The translations under genes and the position numbers were made by a program. The notes under the pieces were generated by a model. That model had not been told where the DNA came from, made no database searches, and worked only from the letters and a program-made list of their open reading frames with translations. A stretch of DNA of 51,122 nt. It comes from an uncultured Candidatus Saccharibacteria bacterium (lineage in GTDB: Bacteria > Patescibacteriota > Saccharimonadia > Saccharimonadales > EFPC-124). Below are positions 36,377 through 46,039 of this stretch, piece by piece (positions within the stretch are counted from its first letter, which is position 1; the number at the start of each line of letters is the position of its first letter). Location: contig CAYOML010000007.1 in assembly GCA_964405095.1 (NCBI GenBank), positions 1 through 51,122 of the forward strand, written 5' to 3'.

Positions 36377-37792
36377 ATGGCCCAGACATTCTTTTTTTAT
36401 GATCTCGAAACTTCTGGCTTTGACCCACGCACCCAACGCATTATGCAATTTGCCGGCCAGCGGACCGATATGAATTTACAGCCCGTAGGTGAGCCGGTAA
36501 ACGTTTTAATCAAGATGACAGAAGAAATTTTGCCAGATCCGCAGGCAATTCTAGTCACTGGTATTACACCTCAAAAAACACTCGAAGAAGGTTACAGCGA
36601 AGCCGAATTCCTGCGTTTGTTGCACGAGCAAGTTATTACACCCGAAACTATTATGACCGGTTTTAACAACGTGCGTTTTGATGACGAATTTATGCGCTAC
36701 ATTTTGTACCGCAATTTTTACGACCCCTACGAGTGGGCCTGGCAGGACGGGCGTAGTCGCTGGGACATGATGGACGTAGTACGAATGACACGAGCACTAA
36801 GACCGGATGGCATTAAATGGCCAGTTGATGAGGCTGGTCAACCGACTAACCGTCTGGAACTGTTAAGTTACGAAAACGGTCTCGACCATTTTGCAGCTCA
36901 CGATGCCATGAGCGATGTCGGGGCTCTAATTGCCATGACGCAACTTATCCAGCAAAAACAACCGAAATTATTTGAATATTTGTTAAAGTTACGTGACAAA
37001 AAAGCTGTGGCCGAGCTGGTCAATCTTGATAATCCGCAACCTTTTATCTATACGTCTGGTCGTTACCCTAAACAGGTTGCTCATACCACAGTAGCCTATC
37101 CACTGGGGCCGGGTGACAAACCAGGTTCGGTGATTGTTTACGATTTGCGGCACGATCCAACAGATTGGGCAGCCATGTCGGTGGCCGAATTAAAAGACGT
37201 GCGTTTTGCAAACCAAGAACAGCGTCAGATAGAAGGCTTTGTTGGCTTGCCAGCCAAAGAGTTGGCCTACAACAAATGTCCGGCAGTGGCGCCCATGGGA
37301 GTACTGGACGAAAAAGCTCAGGCCGACATTAAAATTGACTTGCAACTTGTAAAACAAAATCTGGCTAAACTGCAAAAAACCGATCTGGCAGACAAGATGC
37401 GTGAAGTTTTTGCTAGGAGTGGTGAATTCAAAAAATCCGACGACGTTGACGTTCAGATGTACGACGGCTTTGTAGGTGATAAAGACAAACCAAAAATGAG
37501 CGCCGTACGTGCAGCCGACGCCAATACACTGGCCGATTTTCACCCAGATTTTGCTGATCAGCGCTTAAATGCACTATTGCCGCGTTATAAAGCCCGCAAC
37601 TATCCGACCAGCCTGGCCGAAGGCGAGCGCGCTGCCTGGGAAGCATACCGCACAGAGCGTATTAACCGAGATTTACCGCGTTTCCTCAAATCTTTGCAAT
37701 CACTTTCGGCGCAAGCTGCAACTACCAACTCACACTTTATTCTTAGTGAACTACAGCTTTGGGCCGAAAGTATAGCACCGGCAGAAGTCTAG
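36377..37792 (+). CDS. sbcB: Exodeoxyribonuclease I
   Basis: DnaQ-like exo motifs FFFYDLETSGF... and the SH3-like/C-terminal ExoI domains. Confidence 0.85.
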   Translation: MAQTFFFYDLETSGFDPRTQRIMQFAGQRTDMNLQPVGEPVNVLIKMTEEILPDPQAILVTGITPQKTLEEGYSEAEFLRLLHEQVITPETIMTGFNNVRFDDEFMRYILYRNFYDPYEWAWQDGRSRWDMMDVVRMTRALRPDGIKWPVDEAGQPTNRLELLSYENGLDHFAAHDAMSDVGALIAMTQLIQQKQPKLFEYLLKLRDKKAVAELVNLDNPQPFIYTSGRYPKQVAHTTVAYPLGPGDKPGSVIVYDLRHDPTDWAAMSVAELKDVRFANQEQRQIEGFVGLPAKELAYNKCPAVAPMGVLDEKAQADIKIDLQLVKQNLAKLQKTDLADKMREVFARSGEFKKSDDVDVQMYDGFVGDKDKPKMSAVRAADANTLADFHPDFADQRLNALLPRYKARNYPTSLAEGERAAWEAYRTERINRDLPRFLKSLQSLSAQAATTNSHFILSELQLWAESIAPAEV

Positions 37793-37822
37793 ATAGCTTT
37801 ACAGTTGCCGCGACTCGCGGGT

Positions 37823-37854
37823 CCACCGGGTGGTGGACCCGCGAGCGCGTGCCC
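37823..37854. terminator. Bidirectional GC-rich hairpin CTCGCGGGTCCACC-GGGT-GGTGGACCCGCGAG
   Basis: A 14-bp perfect inverted repeat lies between convergent genes. Confidence 0.55.
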
Positions 37855-38292
37855 CTAGATGATATCCCAAGGCGAGTAACCCCGCCGCGGGCCGTAGGGA
37901 GGGTACATGGGGCGGAGAGGCAGACCGAGAACCCCCAGGACTGTTTCGAGGAGATCATCCTCGATCAGATCCGAGTTCTCTCGTTCCACCGTGGTCAACT
38001 CGAGGTTGAGCGCCTCGGCTAGCCTTTCCAGGATTCCCCTTACCCTCTCGATGGTTGAGTTGCCCTGCGTCGGCCGAACAACGAACATTGTGCCAGCGCC
38101 CGAACGGACAGCGATGAAACTGCGCATACCTGCCACGCCGTCGACTACCCGCATCACCATGGTCTCCATCTCCTCATGGGAGAGGGCCTTTAGTGTCACA
38201 GTCGCCTTGACGTGAGTATGGCTGCCGCATGCCGCCCACTCGATCACCGCACCAGCTGCCGTCCGGTCTCTACCGGTCTCGTCAAACTGCAT
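37855..38292 (-). CDS. Hypothetical protein (145 aa), high-GC
   Basis: The ORF has a coding-like composition. A roadblock/LC7-like fold is possible but not supported by motifs. Confidence 0.4.
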   Translation of the reverse strand: MQFDETGRDRTAAGAVIEWAACGSHTHVKATVTLKALSHEEMETMVMRVVDGVAGMRSFIAVRSGAGTMFVVRPTQGNSTIERVRGILERLAEALNLELTTVERENSDLIEDDLLETVLGVLGLPLRPMYPPYGPRRGYSPWDII

Positions 38293-38365
38293 CAGAGCCT
38301 CCTCTAGACTCTAGTTGGGACTGCAGTATTATAGAATCAAACTGATTATTTTACAATACAATTAA

Positions 38366-38626
38366 CTACTTTGGCTTTCGTGAAAAGATAGCGCGTAGCC
38401 AAGCAATAATTGCCTTCAAGTTAGCCACTAACCAGTTACGAACTTTGGCGGCGCTGGTAAATTCGGTGGCTAAAATCGCAAAACCTAAAAATATGGCCGC
38501 CCAACCCGGTCCGGGTGTTACCAACATAATTATGCCAGCGACTACAACTATCCAGCCAATGATAAACACAATCGGCAGGCGAACAGCTTTGGGTGTTTTA
38601 AACCAACCATGTTTCATTCTATCCAT
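38366..38626 (-). CDS. PGPGW-motif small transmembrane protein
   Basis: The LVTPGPGWAAIFLGFAILATEF motif is characteristic. Confidence 0.6.
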   Translation of the reverse strand: MDRMKHGWFKTPKAVRLPIVFIIGWIVVVAGIIMLVTPGPGWAAIFLGFAILATEFTSAAKVRNWLVANLKAIIAWLRAIFSRKPK

Positions 38627-38727
38627 GCTCTAAGTATACGTTATTTGCGGTTATAGGGGTCGTTGTAGCGTTTCCCCGCCGCGATGGGCCCACCTGGTGT
38701 CACCAAGGGGCCCATCGACGGTGTCCA

Positions 38728-38982
38728 TTAGGTCACGATGGGGAAGAGTCTGCTCAGCTCGGCGCCGACTTTGTCCTTATCGCCATCGTATCCGACGTCC
38801 ACGACTATAATTCGGTGGTTATTGGTGTGTACGTCAGTTACGCCATCGATCAACTTGATCTGCGCGCTGAGCCGCTCTTGCATTTCGTCCCCGATCTGGT
38901 GTTCGAGGTTAATGCGAAACCCCCACACGTAACGGTGGATAGCTACCCGGGGTATTGCACCCGAATGTTCCTCTCCGCTCAT
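38728..38982 (-). CDS. Hypothetical small protein (84 aa)
   Basis: ORF only. Confidence 0.35.
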   Translation of the reverse strand: MSGEEHSGAIPRVAIHRYVWGFRINLEHQIGDEMQERLSAQIKLIDGVTDVHTNNHRIIVVDVGYDGDKDKVGAELSRLFPIVT

Positions 38983-39098
38983 GGTTTCCTCCCTTGTGCG
39001 ATTGAGGTGCCTGGTTGCGGATTATACAATATTCCTGCTTATCAGTCGATAGCCTGAATCTATCTAAACTTACTGTTTTGATGTATACTTTTTGGGTC

Positions 39099-41909
39099 AT
39101 GAGCGACGCAATTGTGGTCCGCGGGGCGCGCGAACATAATCTTAAAGACATTAGTGTTACGATCCCCCGCGATAAATTAGTAGTCATTACGGGCTTGTCC
39201 GGATCGGGCAAGTCTTCTTTGGCGTTTGACACGATTTATGCCGAGGGCCAGCGAAGGTACGTTGAATCACTCAGTTCATACGCCCGCCAGTTTTTGGGCC
39301 TAATGGAAAAACCAGATGTCGACCAAATTGATGGCCTCAGCCCGGCCATCAGTATCGACCAAAAATCTACGAGCCGTAACCCACGTTCGACGGTTGCAAC
39401 CGTCACCGAGCTTTACGACTACATGCGCCTGTTGTTTGCCCGCATTGGTATCCCGCACTGCCCGATCTGTGGTAAAGAAGTTACGCGGCGCACCAACGAG
39501 CAAATTGTCGACGAAATTATGAGCCTGCCACAAGGCGCTCGCCTGATTATCCTGGCACCAGTTGTGGTTGATAAAAAGGGCGAATTTGCCCACATCCCCG
39601 AACAATACACCCGTGCTGGTTTTGCCCGCGCCCGAGTCGACGGCATTATGTACGTGTTGGATGAATTCCCTGCGCTCGATAAAAACAAAAAACACACCAT
39701 CGAACTGGTGGTTGATAGAATTGTCAACAAATCTGAAAACATCAGCCGTATGACTCAATCGACTGAACAAGCTGGCGAGGCGGCCGAGGGCGTCGTGCGC
39801 ATTGTGAATGCCGACGATAACACCGAAAAAGTCTACAGCCAACGCTACGCCTGTGTTGATCACCCCGACATCGAAATCCCGGAACTTGCACCGCGACTTT
39901 TTAGTTTCAACTCGCCACACGGCGCCTGCCCGGTATGCACCGGCCTAGGCTCGAGACTAGAAGTCGACCCAGATATGATCATCAATCCCAATTTGACCAT
40001 TGCCGAAGGTGCCGTTCGCCCCTGGAACCGTGTGCGCATCGATACATGGTATATGAAGCAGATGGCCGCAATGACTGAGACCAATGGTTTTACCATCCAT
40101 ACCGTTCTTAAAGACTTAAGCCCGGAACAACTAAGCAAAGTTTTATACGGTACTGGCGGCGAACGCTACCGCGTAGCACTTAGTGGTGGCCGCAGTTTCG
40201 AAACAACCTTCGAAGGCGTCATTCCTAACTTGGAGCGCCGCTACCGAGAGACCGACAGCGACTTCATTCGCCGCGACATCGAACGTTTTATGCGCGAGCG
40301 CGAGTGTCATGCTTGCCACGGTATGCGCCTCAAGCCCGAGGCTTTGGCTGTAACCATCCAAAAACTTAACATAATGGATATTTGCGTGTTGAGTGTTGGT
40401 GATGCTCTGAAGTTATTTAACTCCGGCTTGCATTTTAGCGAACAAGACTTATTTATCGCCAAGCAGATCTTGCGCGAAGTAAAAGCCCGATTGAGTTTTT
40501 TGGATGATGTTGGCTTGAGCTACATTGCGTTAGGTCGCGCGGCCAATACACTTAGTGGTGGTGAAGCGCAGCGCATCCGTTTAGCAACCCAGATTGGTTC
40601 GGGCCTACAAGGTGTTTTGTATGTTCTCGACGAACCCTCAATTGGTTTGCATCAGCGCGATAACGATCGTTTAATTGCTACTCTCAAGCACCTACGTGAC
40701 CTGGGTAACACGGTGATTGTGGTAGAGCACGACGAAGACACCATAAGGCACGCCGATCATTTAATCGACATCGGCCCTGGCGCCGGTATCCACGGTGGCC
40801 GCATAGTAGCCGAAGGCTCGCCTGCCGAAGTCGAGAGTAATCCCGAAAGCATTACCGGTCGCTACCTAAGCGGTAAGGAAAAAATCGATGTGCCTAAAAA
40901 ACGGCGTAGCGGTAGCGGCAAAATGTTGGTTGTGCGTGGTGCGCGCCAACATAACCTTAAAAATATCGACGTAACGTTTCCGCTAGGTTTACTAATTGTT
41001 GTTTCTGGTGTCTCGGGATCCGGCAAATCGACTTTAGTCAACGACATCATTTCCAAAGAACTATCACACCGTCTTAACCGAGCCAGTGAGGTCGCCGGCA
41101 AACACGACGCCATCGAAGGCCTCGAACACCTGGATAAAGTTATCACCATCGATCAATCACCAATCGGCCGCACACCGCGCAGCAACCCAGCTACCTATAC
41201 CGGTGTATTTACCCCTGTGCGCGAGTTATTTGCCAGCACACCCGAAGCCAACATCCGCGGCTACAAAGCCGGTCGGTTCAGCTTTAACGTGCGTGGTGGC
41301 CGCTGCGAAAACTGCCAAGGTGATGGCGTAATTAAGATAGAAATGCACTTTTTGCCAGACGTATACGTAACTTGCGAAGTTTGCAAAGGCAAACGTTACA
41401 ACCGCGAAGCACTAGAAATTCACTATAAAGGCAAAACCATAGCCGACGTACTCGAAATGACTGTCGAACAAGCCGTTGAATTCTTCCAGAACATCCCATC
41501 AATCGCTCGCAAAATGCAAACACTGGATGAGGTTGGGCTGGGTTACATAAAACTCGGCCAACCAGCTACGACTTTGAGTGGTGGTGAAGCACAGCGTATT
41601 AAACTAGCCAGTGAACTATCGCGTCGTGCCACCGGTCGTACATTGTATATTTTGGACGAACCAACCACAGGCTTGCACGCCGCCGACGTTAAAAAATTAC
41701 TTCATGTCTTGCAGGCGCTAGTCAATACCGGCAACAGCATGGTAATAATCGAACATAACTTGGATGTGGTAAAAAGTGCCGATCATGTAATTGATATGGG
41801 CCCAGACGGTGGCGAAGCGGGAGGCGAAATTCTCGCCGAAGGTACACCCGAAGCGATAGCTAAAAACAAAGCATCATACACCGGCCAATACCTCAAAGCA
41901 ATGCTGTAG
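39099..41909 (+). CDS. uvrA: Excinuclease ABC subunit A
   Basis: Two ABC ATPase modules ([18 protein letters not shown]), zinc-finger Cys clusters and LSGGEAQRI signature motifs. Confidence 0.92.
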   Translation: MSDAIVVRGAREHNLKDISVTIPRDKLVVITGLSGSGKSSLAFDTIYAEGQRRYVESLSSYARQFLGLMEKPDVDQIDGLSPAISIDQKSTSRNPRSTVATVTELYDYMRLLFARIGIPHCPICGKEVTRRTNEQIVDEIMSLPQGARLIILAPVVVDKKGEFAHIPEQYTRAGFARARVDGIMYVLDEFPALDKNKKHTIELVVDRIVNKSENISRMTQSTEQAGEAAEGVVRIVNADDNTEKVYSQRYACVDHPDIEIPELAPRLFSFNSPHGACPVCTGLGSRLEVDPDMIINPNLTIAEGAVRPWNRVRIDTWYMKQMAAMTETNGFTIHTVLKDLSPEQLSKVLYGTGGERYRVALSGGRSFETTFEGVIPNLERRYRETDSDFIRRDIERFMRERECHACHGMRLKPEALAVTIQKLNIMDICVLSVGDALKLFNSGLHFSEQDLFIAKQILREVKARLSFLDDVGLSYIALGRAANTLSGGEAQRIRLATQIGSGLQGVLYVLDEPSIGLHQRDNDRLIATLKHLRDLGNTVIVVEHDEDTIRHADHLIDIGPGAGIHGGRIVAEGSPAEVESNPESITGRYLSGKEKIDVPKKRRSGSGKMLVVRGARQHNLKNIDVTFPLGLLIVVSGVSGSGKSTLVNDIISKELSHRLNRASEVAGKHDAIEGLEHLDKVITIDQSPIGRTPRSNPATYTGVFTPVRELFASTPEANIRGYKAGRFSFNVRGGRCENCQGDGVIKIEMHFLPDVYVTCEVCKGKRYNREALEIHYKGKTIADVLEMTVEQAVEFFQNIPSIARKMQTLDEVGLGYIKLGQPATTLSGGEAQRIKLASELSRRATGRTLYILDEPTTGLHAADVKKLLHVLQALVNTGNSMVIIEHNLDVVKSADHVIDMGPDGGEAGGEILAEGTPEAIAKNKASYTGQYLKAML

Positions 41910-41918
41910 ATAAATTGC

Positions 41919-42344
41919 TCATACCAAAAGCGGCTCAATATTGTCGCCTACGGGCGTGGGGATATGGTTTTTAAAATCGTAGATTAGTTTTATAAGCAGC
42001 GGATCCTCGAACGCATCTTTTTGAGCGAGCTGTAAAACAGAATCAGGCGAAAACGTTGCAAGCTCAAGCCCGGAATCCTGCAACTGCACTGGTTCGATCT
42101 GGCAGCCGAAAACAAATCGCACTGTTTGTTTGGGCACGTCGCCGTGGGTGACGATCTTAAAAAGGCGCAAAACTTGCGCCCGATAACCCGTTTCTACTAG
42201 CACACATCGCCGAACACATAAGATTGGTCCTTCGCTGCCCTGCAAAACCCTATCTGGCAAACGCCATTTAGACTGTGGGCCCTCACGCACTAAAACTACC
42301 CCGTTTTCCCAGTGAACAATCGCGCTGCAGTGGACATGTGCCAT
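41919..42344 (-). CDS. NUDIX-like small protein (degenerate Nudix box), divergent from the island's first gene
   Basis: Degenerate G..E.......RR..ETGY Nudix-box-like segment. 141 aa. Confidence 0.45.
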   Translation of the reverse strand: MAHVHCSAIVHWENGVVLVREGPQSKWRLPDRVLQGSEGPILCVRRCVLVETGYRAQVLRLFKIVTHGDVPKQTVRFVFGCQIEPVQLQDSGLELATFSPDSVLQLAQKDAFEDPLLIKLIYDFKNHIPTPVGDNIEPLLV

Positions 42345-42371
42345 ACCATTTCCTCGCTACTTGAGCACTAT

Positions 42372-42392
42372 TATGCACAAGGCATGTGCATA
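42372..42392. promoter_or_regulatory. Perfect inverted repeat TATGCACA-N5-TGTGCATA in the divergent promoter region (candidate RHH operator); TTGACT -35-like box 27 nt downstream
   Basis: An 8-bp perfect inverted repeat with a 5-nt spacer lies between the NUDIX-like gene (-) and the first Rcl-RHH gene (+). Confidence 0.45.
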
Positions 42393-42453
42393 TGCGCAAG
42401 GGTTACACAACATTTTTATTGACTTACATCTGTTGGGGTGGTTTGATTAGGGT

Positions 42454-43032
42454 ATGATTGTGAGTTTCTCGGCGAGTTTAAGAACAATTGAACAAGATAT
42501 TGATATATACAAAAAGATTCTTTCTATATTACGCACTTTGGGGTGTTCAATTGCAAACGACTGGGTTGAATCAGCACGGCTTTACCAACTCAATAAATCT
42601 CGTGATAAGCCTGAGCAGGATTGGAGACACTTCTGTGAACATTCAAAGGCAGGTATCGAAAGCTCGGATTTAGCAATAATTGAAGGATCGGGCTTCGCTA
42701 GTTTTGGTGTTGGATACGAAGCGGGCTATGCAATAAAAATTAAAAAGCCGACTTTGATTTTAATAAAAAAAGAGGACATAAAAGTGTCATACGCTGCTGG
42801 TCTTGGCAATGATCTGGTAACTGTTGCCAGCTACACAAACGAGAATCTCGGGCGTATTATCAAGACCTTTGTAAAAGACAATTCAATTCGAAGCAAGGAT
42901 ATGCGTTTTAACTTCGTAATTGACAGACAGATCTACAATCATTTACGTAAAAAATCTTTTCGTACAGGTAAGACAAAGGCGGAAATTGTTCGCGATATAG
43001 TTTTGGAAGATATACACGGAAAAGGTATATAA
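42454..43032 (+). CDS. Paralog 1: Rcl/DNPH1-like (nucleoside 2-deoxyribosyltransferase superfamily) N-domain fused to a C-terminal ribbon-helix-helix (Arc/MetJ-type) domain; catalytic Glu conserved (GVGYEAG)
   Basis: SDLAIIEGSGFASFGVGYEAGYAIKIKKPTLILI compares with DNPH1 ADVVVAEVTQPSLGVGYELGRAVAFNKRILCL. The C-terminus KDMRFNFVIDRQIYNHLRKKSFRTGKTKAEIVRDIVLEDI compares with Arc MPQFNLRWPREVLDLVRKVAEENGRSVNSEIYQRVMESF. Confidence 0.6.
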   Translation: MIVSFSASLRTIEQDIDIYKKILSILRTLGCSIANDWVESARLYQLNKSRDKPEQDWRHFCEHSKAGIESSDLAIIEGSGFASFGVGYEAGYAIKIKKPTLILIKKEDIKVSYAAGLGNDLVTVASYTNENLGRIIKTFVKDNSIRSKDMRFNFVIDRQIYNHLRKKSFRTGKTKAEIVRDIVLEDIHGKGI

Positions 43033-43034
43033 AT

Positions 43035-43604
43035 ATGGTTATTCATCTTACGTGCTCGAGGGAATGTGTTGCTGAAAATATCGGCACACTTAGAAAAATA
43101 ATAAGCATCATTTACGACTTTGGTCATGTAGTTGCGAGGGATTGGATGGAGCCACACTACAGAAATATCCTTAAGAGCAAAAGCTCGGGTACCCCAGTCG
43201 AGGATATTTTCAGGTTGAACAATGAGGCTATAGATCGGGCCGATCTGGTGATAGTTGAGGGGTCGTACAAAAGCTTTGGCAACGGGTTCCAAGCTGCTAC
43301 CGCACTACAAAAAAAGAAGCCACTACTACTTCTTATAAGGCGAGGAAGTGATGAAAGTACTATATCGCGTAGTGCGGTTGACCCCTATCTTATTCGTAAA
43401 GAGTACGATGATACGTCACTCGACAAAATTGTTAAGGATTTCATACAAAATAATACAATGAGAACAAAAGATATGCGCTTCAATTTTGTGGCAGACAGGG
43501 CTACTAGTAGTCATCTAAGGTGGTTATCGTATAAATCTGGCAAAACAAAAGCAGAGGTTTTAAGGAATCTCATATTAGAGGATATAAGAAAATCGGATGA
43601 TTGA
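43035..43604 (+). CDS. Paralog 2: Rcl/DNPH1-like + RHH fusion; Glu position replaced by Gln (GNGFQAA)
   Basis: It starts 3 nt after the paralog-1 stop, so the two are probably an operon. It has the same architecture and the same C-terminal KDMRFNFVADR...GKTKAEVLRNLILEDI. Confidence 0.6.
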   Translation: MVIHLTCSRECVAENIGTLRKIISIIYDFGHVVARDWMEPHYRNILKSKSSGTPVEDIFRLNNEAIDRADLVIVEGSYKSFGNGFQAATALQKKKPLLLLIRRGSDESTISRSAVDPYLIRKEYDDTSLDKIVKDFIQNNTMRTKDMRFNFVADRATSSHLRWLSYKSGKTKAEVLRNLILEDIRKSDD

Positions 43605-43862
43605 GCAAGCAATATCTGTGATCTGTGGCTATACCCCTCCTAGCAAGTAAATGGCGATCGATTTGCTATACTAGCCTTAAAGAGGCAAAAAGATGGGAAA
43701 AAATTACCAGATTCATACGCGATGTTTGGCTTACGATACTACTCCTGTTGATCATGTAGTGTCGGGAACGGAAGATAATCTATGTTTCAAGCCTGTGTTG
43801 GCTTAATCTGTTTGATTGTCTGTTTGAGGAGGGTGGAGATTTAATATAGGTTCTCTTATTCA

Positions 43863-43892
43863 ATGACATGCACCTTGCCTTAGCAGTATAAT
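43863..43892 (+). promoter_or_regulatory. Near-consensus sigma70-type promoter: -35 ATGACA, 18-bp spacer, -10 TATAAT
   Basis: Read directly from the sequence. It lies 14 nt upstream of the GTG at 43906 and 74 nt upstream of the ATG at 43966. Confidence 0.5.
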
Positions 43893-43965
43893 GTAGACAG
43901 GGGGCGTGTGTGAACAACAAAAAGGGCTTTCTTTCAGGTATAAACTGATATATTATTCTAGGTCT

Positions 43966-45399
43966 ATGGGTAAGGTTGCGGTAAATTCTGGTCATATAAA
44001 TATACTTCTAGTGGGAGGAGTTGGTCTTTGGTCGGAGAAAAATCATATTCCCAATCTTGCTGCGTTGAAACAGAGAGGTTATAAAGTGAAATTGGTGGCG
44101 GTTTGTGACATACAAGACCCAGCCCAACATAGCGATCGCAAGAATCTTCAGAAGATGATGAGAGAGGATATGTCCAAGTGGATAAGTGTTTCTAATAATA
44201 ACCCAACGCCACTCAGTCAGCTGGATAAACTTCTCGAGACGGAACCACTTGATCTCGTAATAATTGCCTGTAATCCTGTTGCTCACTTTGGTTATGCTAT
44301 GTGGGCAGTAAAGAATAATCTACATGTTATATGTGACAAACCCTTACTGGACGTCGCTAACTCTGCTAGTGACGTTAACGCTGCAAGAAGAATATGGAGT
44401 AACTATGAGAAACTAGTTGAGGCATATCTTACGGCGAAAAAGGAAACCCCTCATCTAAATTTCAATCTGGTCCTAAGGCGCAGGAGCCTACCCGCGTTTA
44501 CACTCGTTGCTGATCGTCTAAGATACGTAGCTGAGCAATATGGTGCAGGAATCAACCATATAAATATTCTGAATCATGGCGGAATATATAAATACCCTGA
44601 GGAAATGGAAGGTTATGGAGCGCATGATTTCTCCTCAGGTGTTGGTTCCCTCTCACATTCCAGTTACCATTATCTTGATCTCTTCAACTGGTATCTCAAA
44701 AGTGCTAAAGGCCCAGTTAAATATATTGTTCCTCGTCTCACAAATATACTCCGCATTGGAGATTATTTAGATACAGAGGCGTACAAACACATTAAAGCTG
44801 TCAATACACATACTAAAAGTAGTATGAAAAAACTGCCAAAAGAAGTACTCGCATGTGAACTCGACGTAGCATTTAACATTCTTTTTTACGATAAGTCGAT
44901 GCGTCCTGTCGGAGATGCGAACTTCATCGCTAACCACCTTAGCTTCAGCCCTCGCACCAGAGATTTTGAGGCCGGTATAACGGAACCGGCACAATTTGTC
45001 GGAGGCGGAAGAATCTCGCATCTTTACGTGGACATCCATCAATCGGGCCTACAAAATCTACAATTAATAAAAAACGATGTTACCTTTGAAGGCTCCAATA
45101 TATTAGTACAAACGCGCACGCACCCTGGTATTGAAGCGTTAAGCAGTCATGAGACGATCTATTTTGACGATGCATACCGCAATACTGACTATAGTATGGA
45201 GGAGATTCTTAGGTCAGTGGTTGATGCAATTTTGGCCAGACAGTCGGTGATTTCGACAATGATTCCTAGTCTCTTAGACGATAAGGCCAACGCGCAGTTA
45301 TTCGCTAAATTCTATGAAATTGTCGCGCTTGACTATAGTGAGAAGCAAAATAATAAATCGAAAGTATATAAAGCGCAGGATCTAATAGAACTAACCTAA
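43966..45399 (+). CDS. Gfo/Idh/MocA-family NAD(P)-dependent oxidoreductase-like protein (alternative GTG start at 43906)
   Basis: N-terminal Rossmann ILLVGGVGLWSEKNHIPNL...VKLVAVCD...LDLVIIACNPVAHFGYAMWAVKNNLHVICDKPL matches the GxGxxG...D...(E/D)KP consensus of the family. Confidence 0.55.
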   Translation: MGKVAVNSGHINILLVGGVGLWSEKNHIPNLAALKQRGYKVKLVAVCDIQDPAQHSDRKNLQKMMREDMSKWISVSNNNPTPLSQLDKLLETEPLDLVIIACNPVAHFGYAMWAVKNNLHVICDKPLLDVANSASDVNAARRIWSNYEKLVEAYLTAKKETPHLNFNLVLRRRSLPAFTLVADRLRYVAEQYGAGINHINILNHGGIYKYPEEMEGYGAHDFSSGVGSLSHSSYHYLDLFNWYLKSAKGPVKYIVPRLTNILRIGDYLDTEAYKHIKAVNTHTKSSMKKLPKEVLACELDVAFNILFYDKSMRPVGDANFIANHLSFSPRTRDFEAGITEPAQFVGGGRISHLYVDIHQSGLQNLQLIKNDVTFEGSNILVQTRTHPGIEALSSHETIYFDDAYRNTDYSMEEILRSVVDAILARQSVISTMIPSLLDDKANAQLFAKFYEIVALDYSEKQNNKSKVYKAQDLIELT

Positions 45400-45454
45400 G
45401 TTTTGATGCGCTATATGTACTAAACGTTCTGCTGTGTTGTACTATTAGCTCATA

Positions 45455-46039
45455 ATGAAAATCCACTTTGCTGCATCTAAACATAACATTCAAGAAAACA
45501 TTAAGTATTACCGTAGGATTATAAAAGCCATCCACAGTAGTGGTCATACTCTTACGCACGATTGGGTAGATCCGTCATATGAGCTATCGGTAGGAAGCGG
45601 TGATTATTCTGAGTTGGATTGGAACTCTATTTATCGGGAGAACATGGAGGCTCTAGCCCGAGCTGATATAGTGATTGTCGATAACACCGTGAGCAATTTC
45701 GCTGTTGGATATATGGTGGCGATTGGGCTGCAGCATAAAAAACCGACATTGATTCTTTTTCGAAACAAAGCCATCGAGGGCACAATGGCATCTGGGATGG
45801 ATGAGAGTCTGGTTACATTTAAAGAATACGACGACAAGAATCTGGAGAGCATAGTCGAGGCCTTCATAGAAGGGAACAAGATTGACACCAAAGACATGCG
45901 CTTCAACTTCTTCATAGATCGTCCAATCTACAACTACCTACGTTGGGCTGCATACAAAACCGGCAAAACCAAGGCCGAAATTCTCCGCGATCTAGTTTCT
46001 AAAGAAATCGATAAAGCTAACGACGTCAATCAGCTTTAG
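45455..46039 (+). CDS. Paralog 3: Rcl/DNPH1-like + RHH fusion; Glu position replaced by Met (AVGYMVA); best overall match to DNPH1 N-terminal block
   Basis: IHFAASKHNIQENIKYYRRIIKAIHSSGHTLTHDWV compares with DNPH1 LYFCGSIRGGREDRTLYERIVSRLRRFGTVLTEHV. ADIVIVDNTVSNFAVGYMVAIGLQHKKPTLILFRN compares with ADVVVAEVTQPSLGVGYELGRAVAFNKRILCLFRP. The C-terminal RHH is KDMRFNFFIDRPIYNYLRWAAYKTGKTKAEILRDLV. Confidence 0.6.
   Translation: MKIHFAASKHNIQENIKYYRRIIKAIHSSGHTLTHDWVDPSYELSVGSGDYSELDWNSIYRENMEALARADIVIVDNTVSNFAVGYMVAIGLQHKKPTLILFRNKAIEGTMASGMDESLVTFKEYDDKNLESIVEAFIEGNKIDTKDMRFNFFIDRPIYNYLRWAAYKTGKTKAEILRDLVSKEIDKANDVNQL

Noticed and set aside
43780-43995. 71-aa minus-strand ORF in the island's intergenic gap.
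   Set aside because: No RBS. It overlaps the strong plus-strand promoter and the oxidoreductase start. Composition is non-coding-like.
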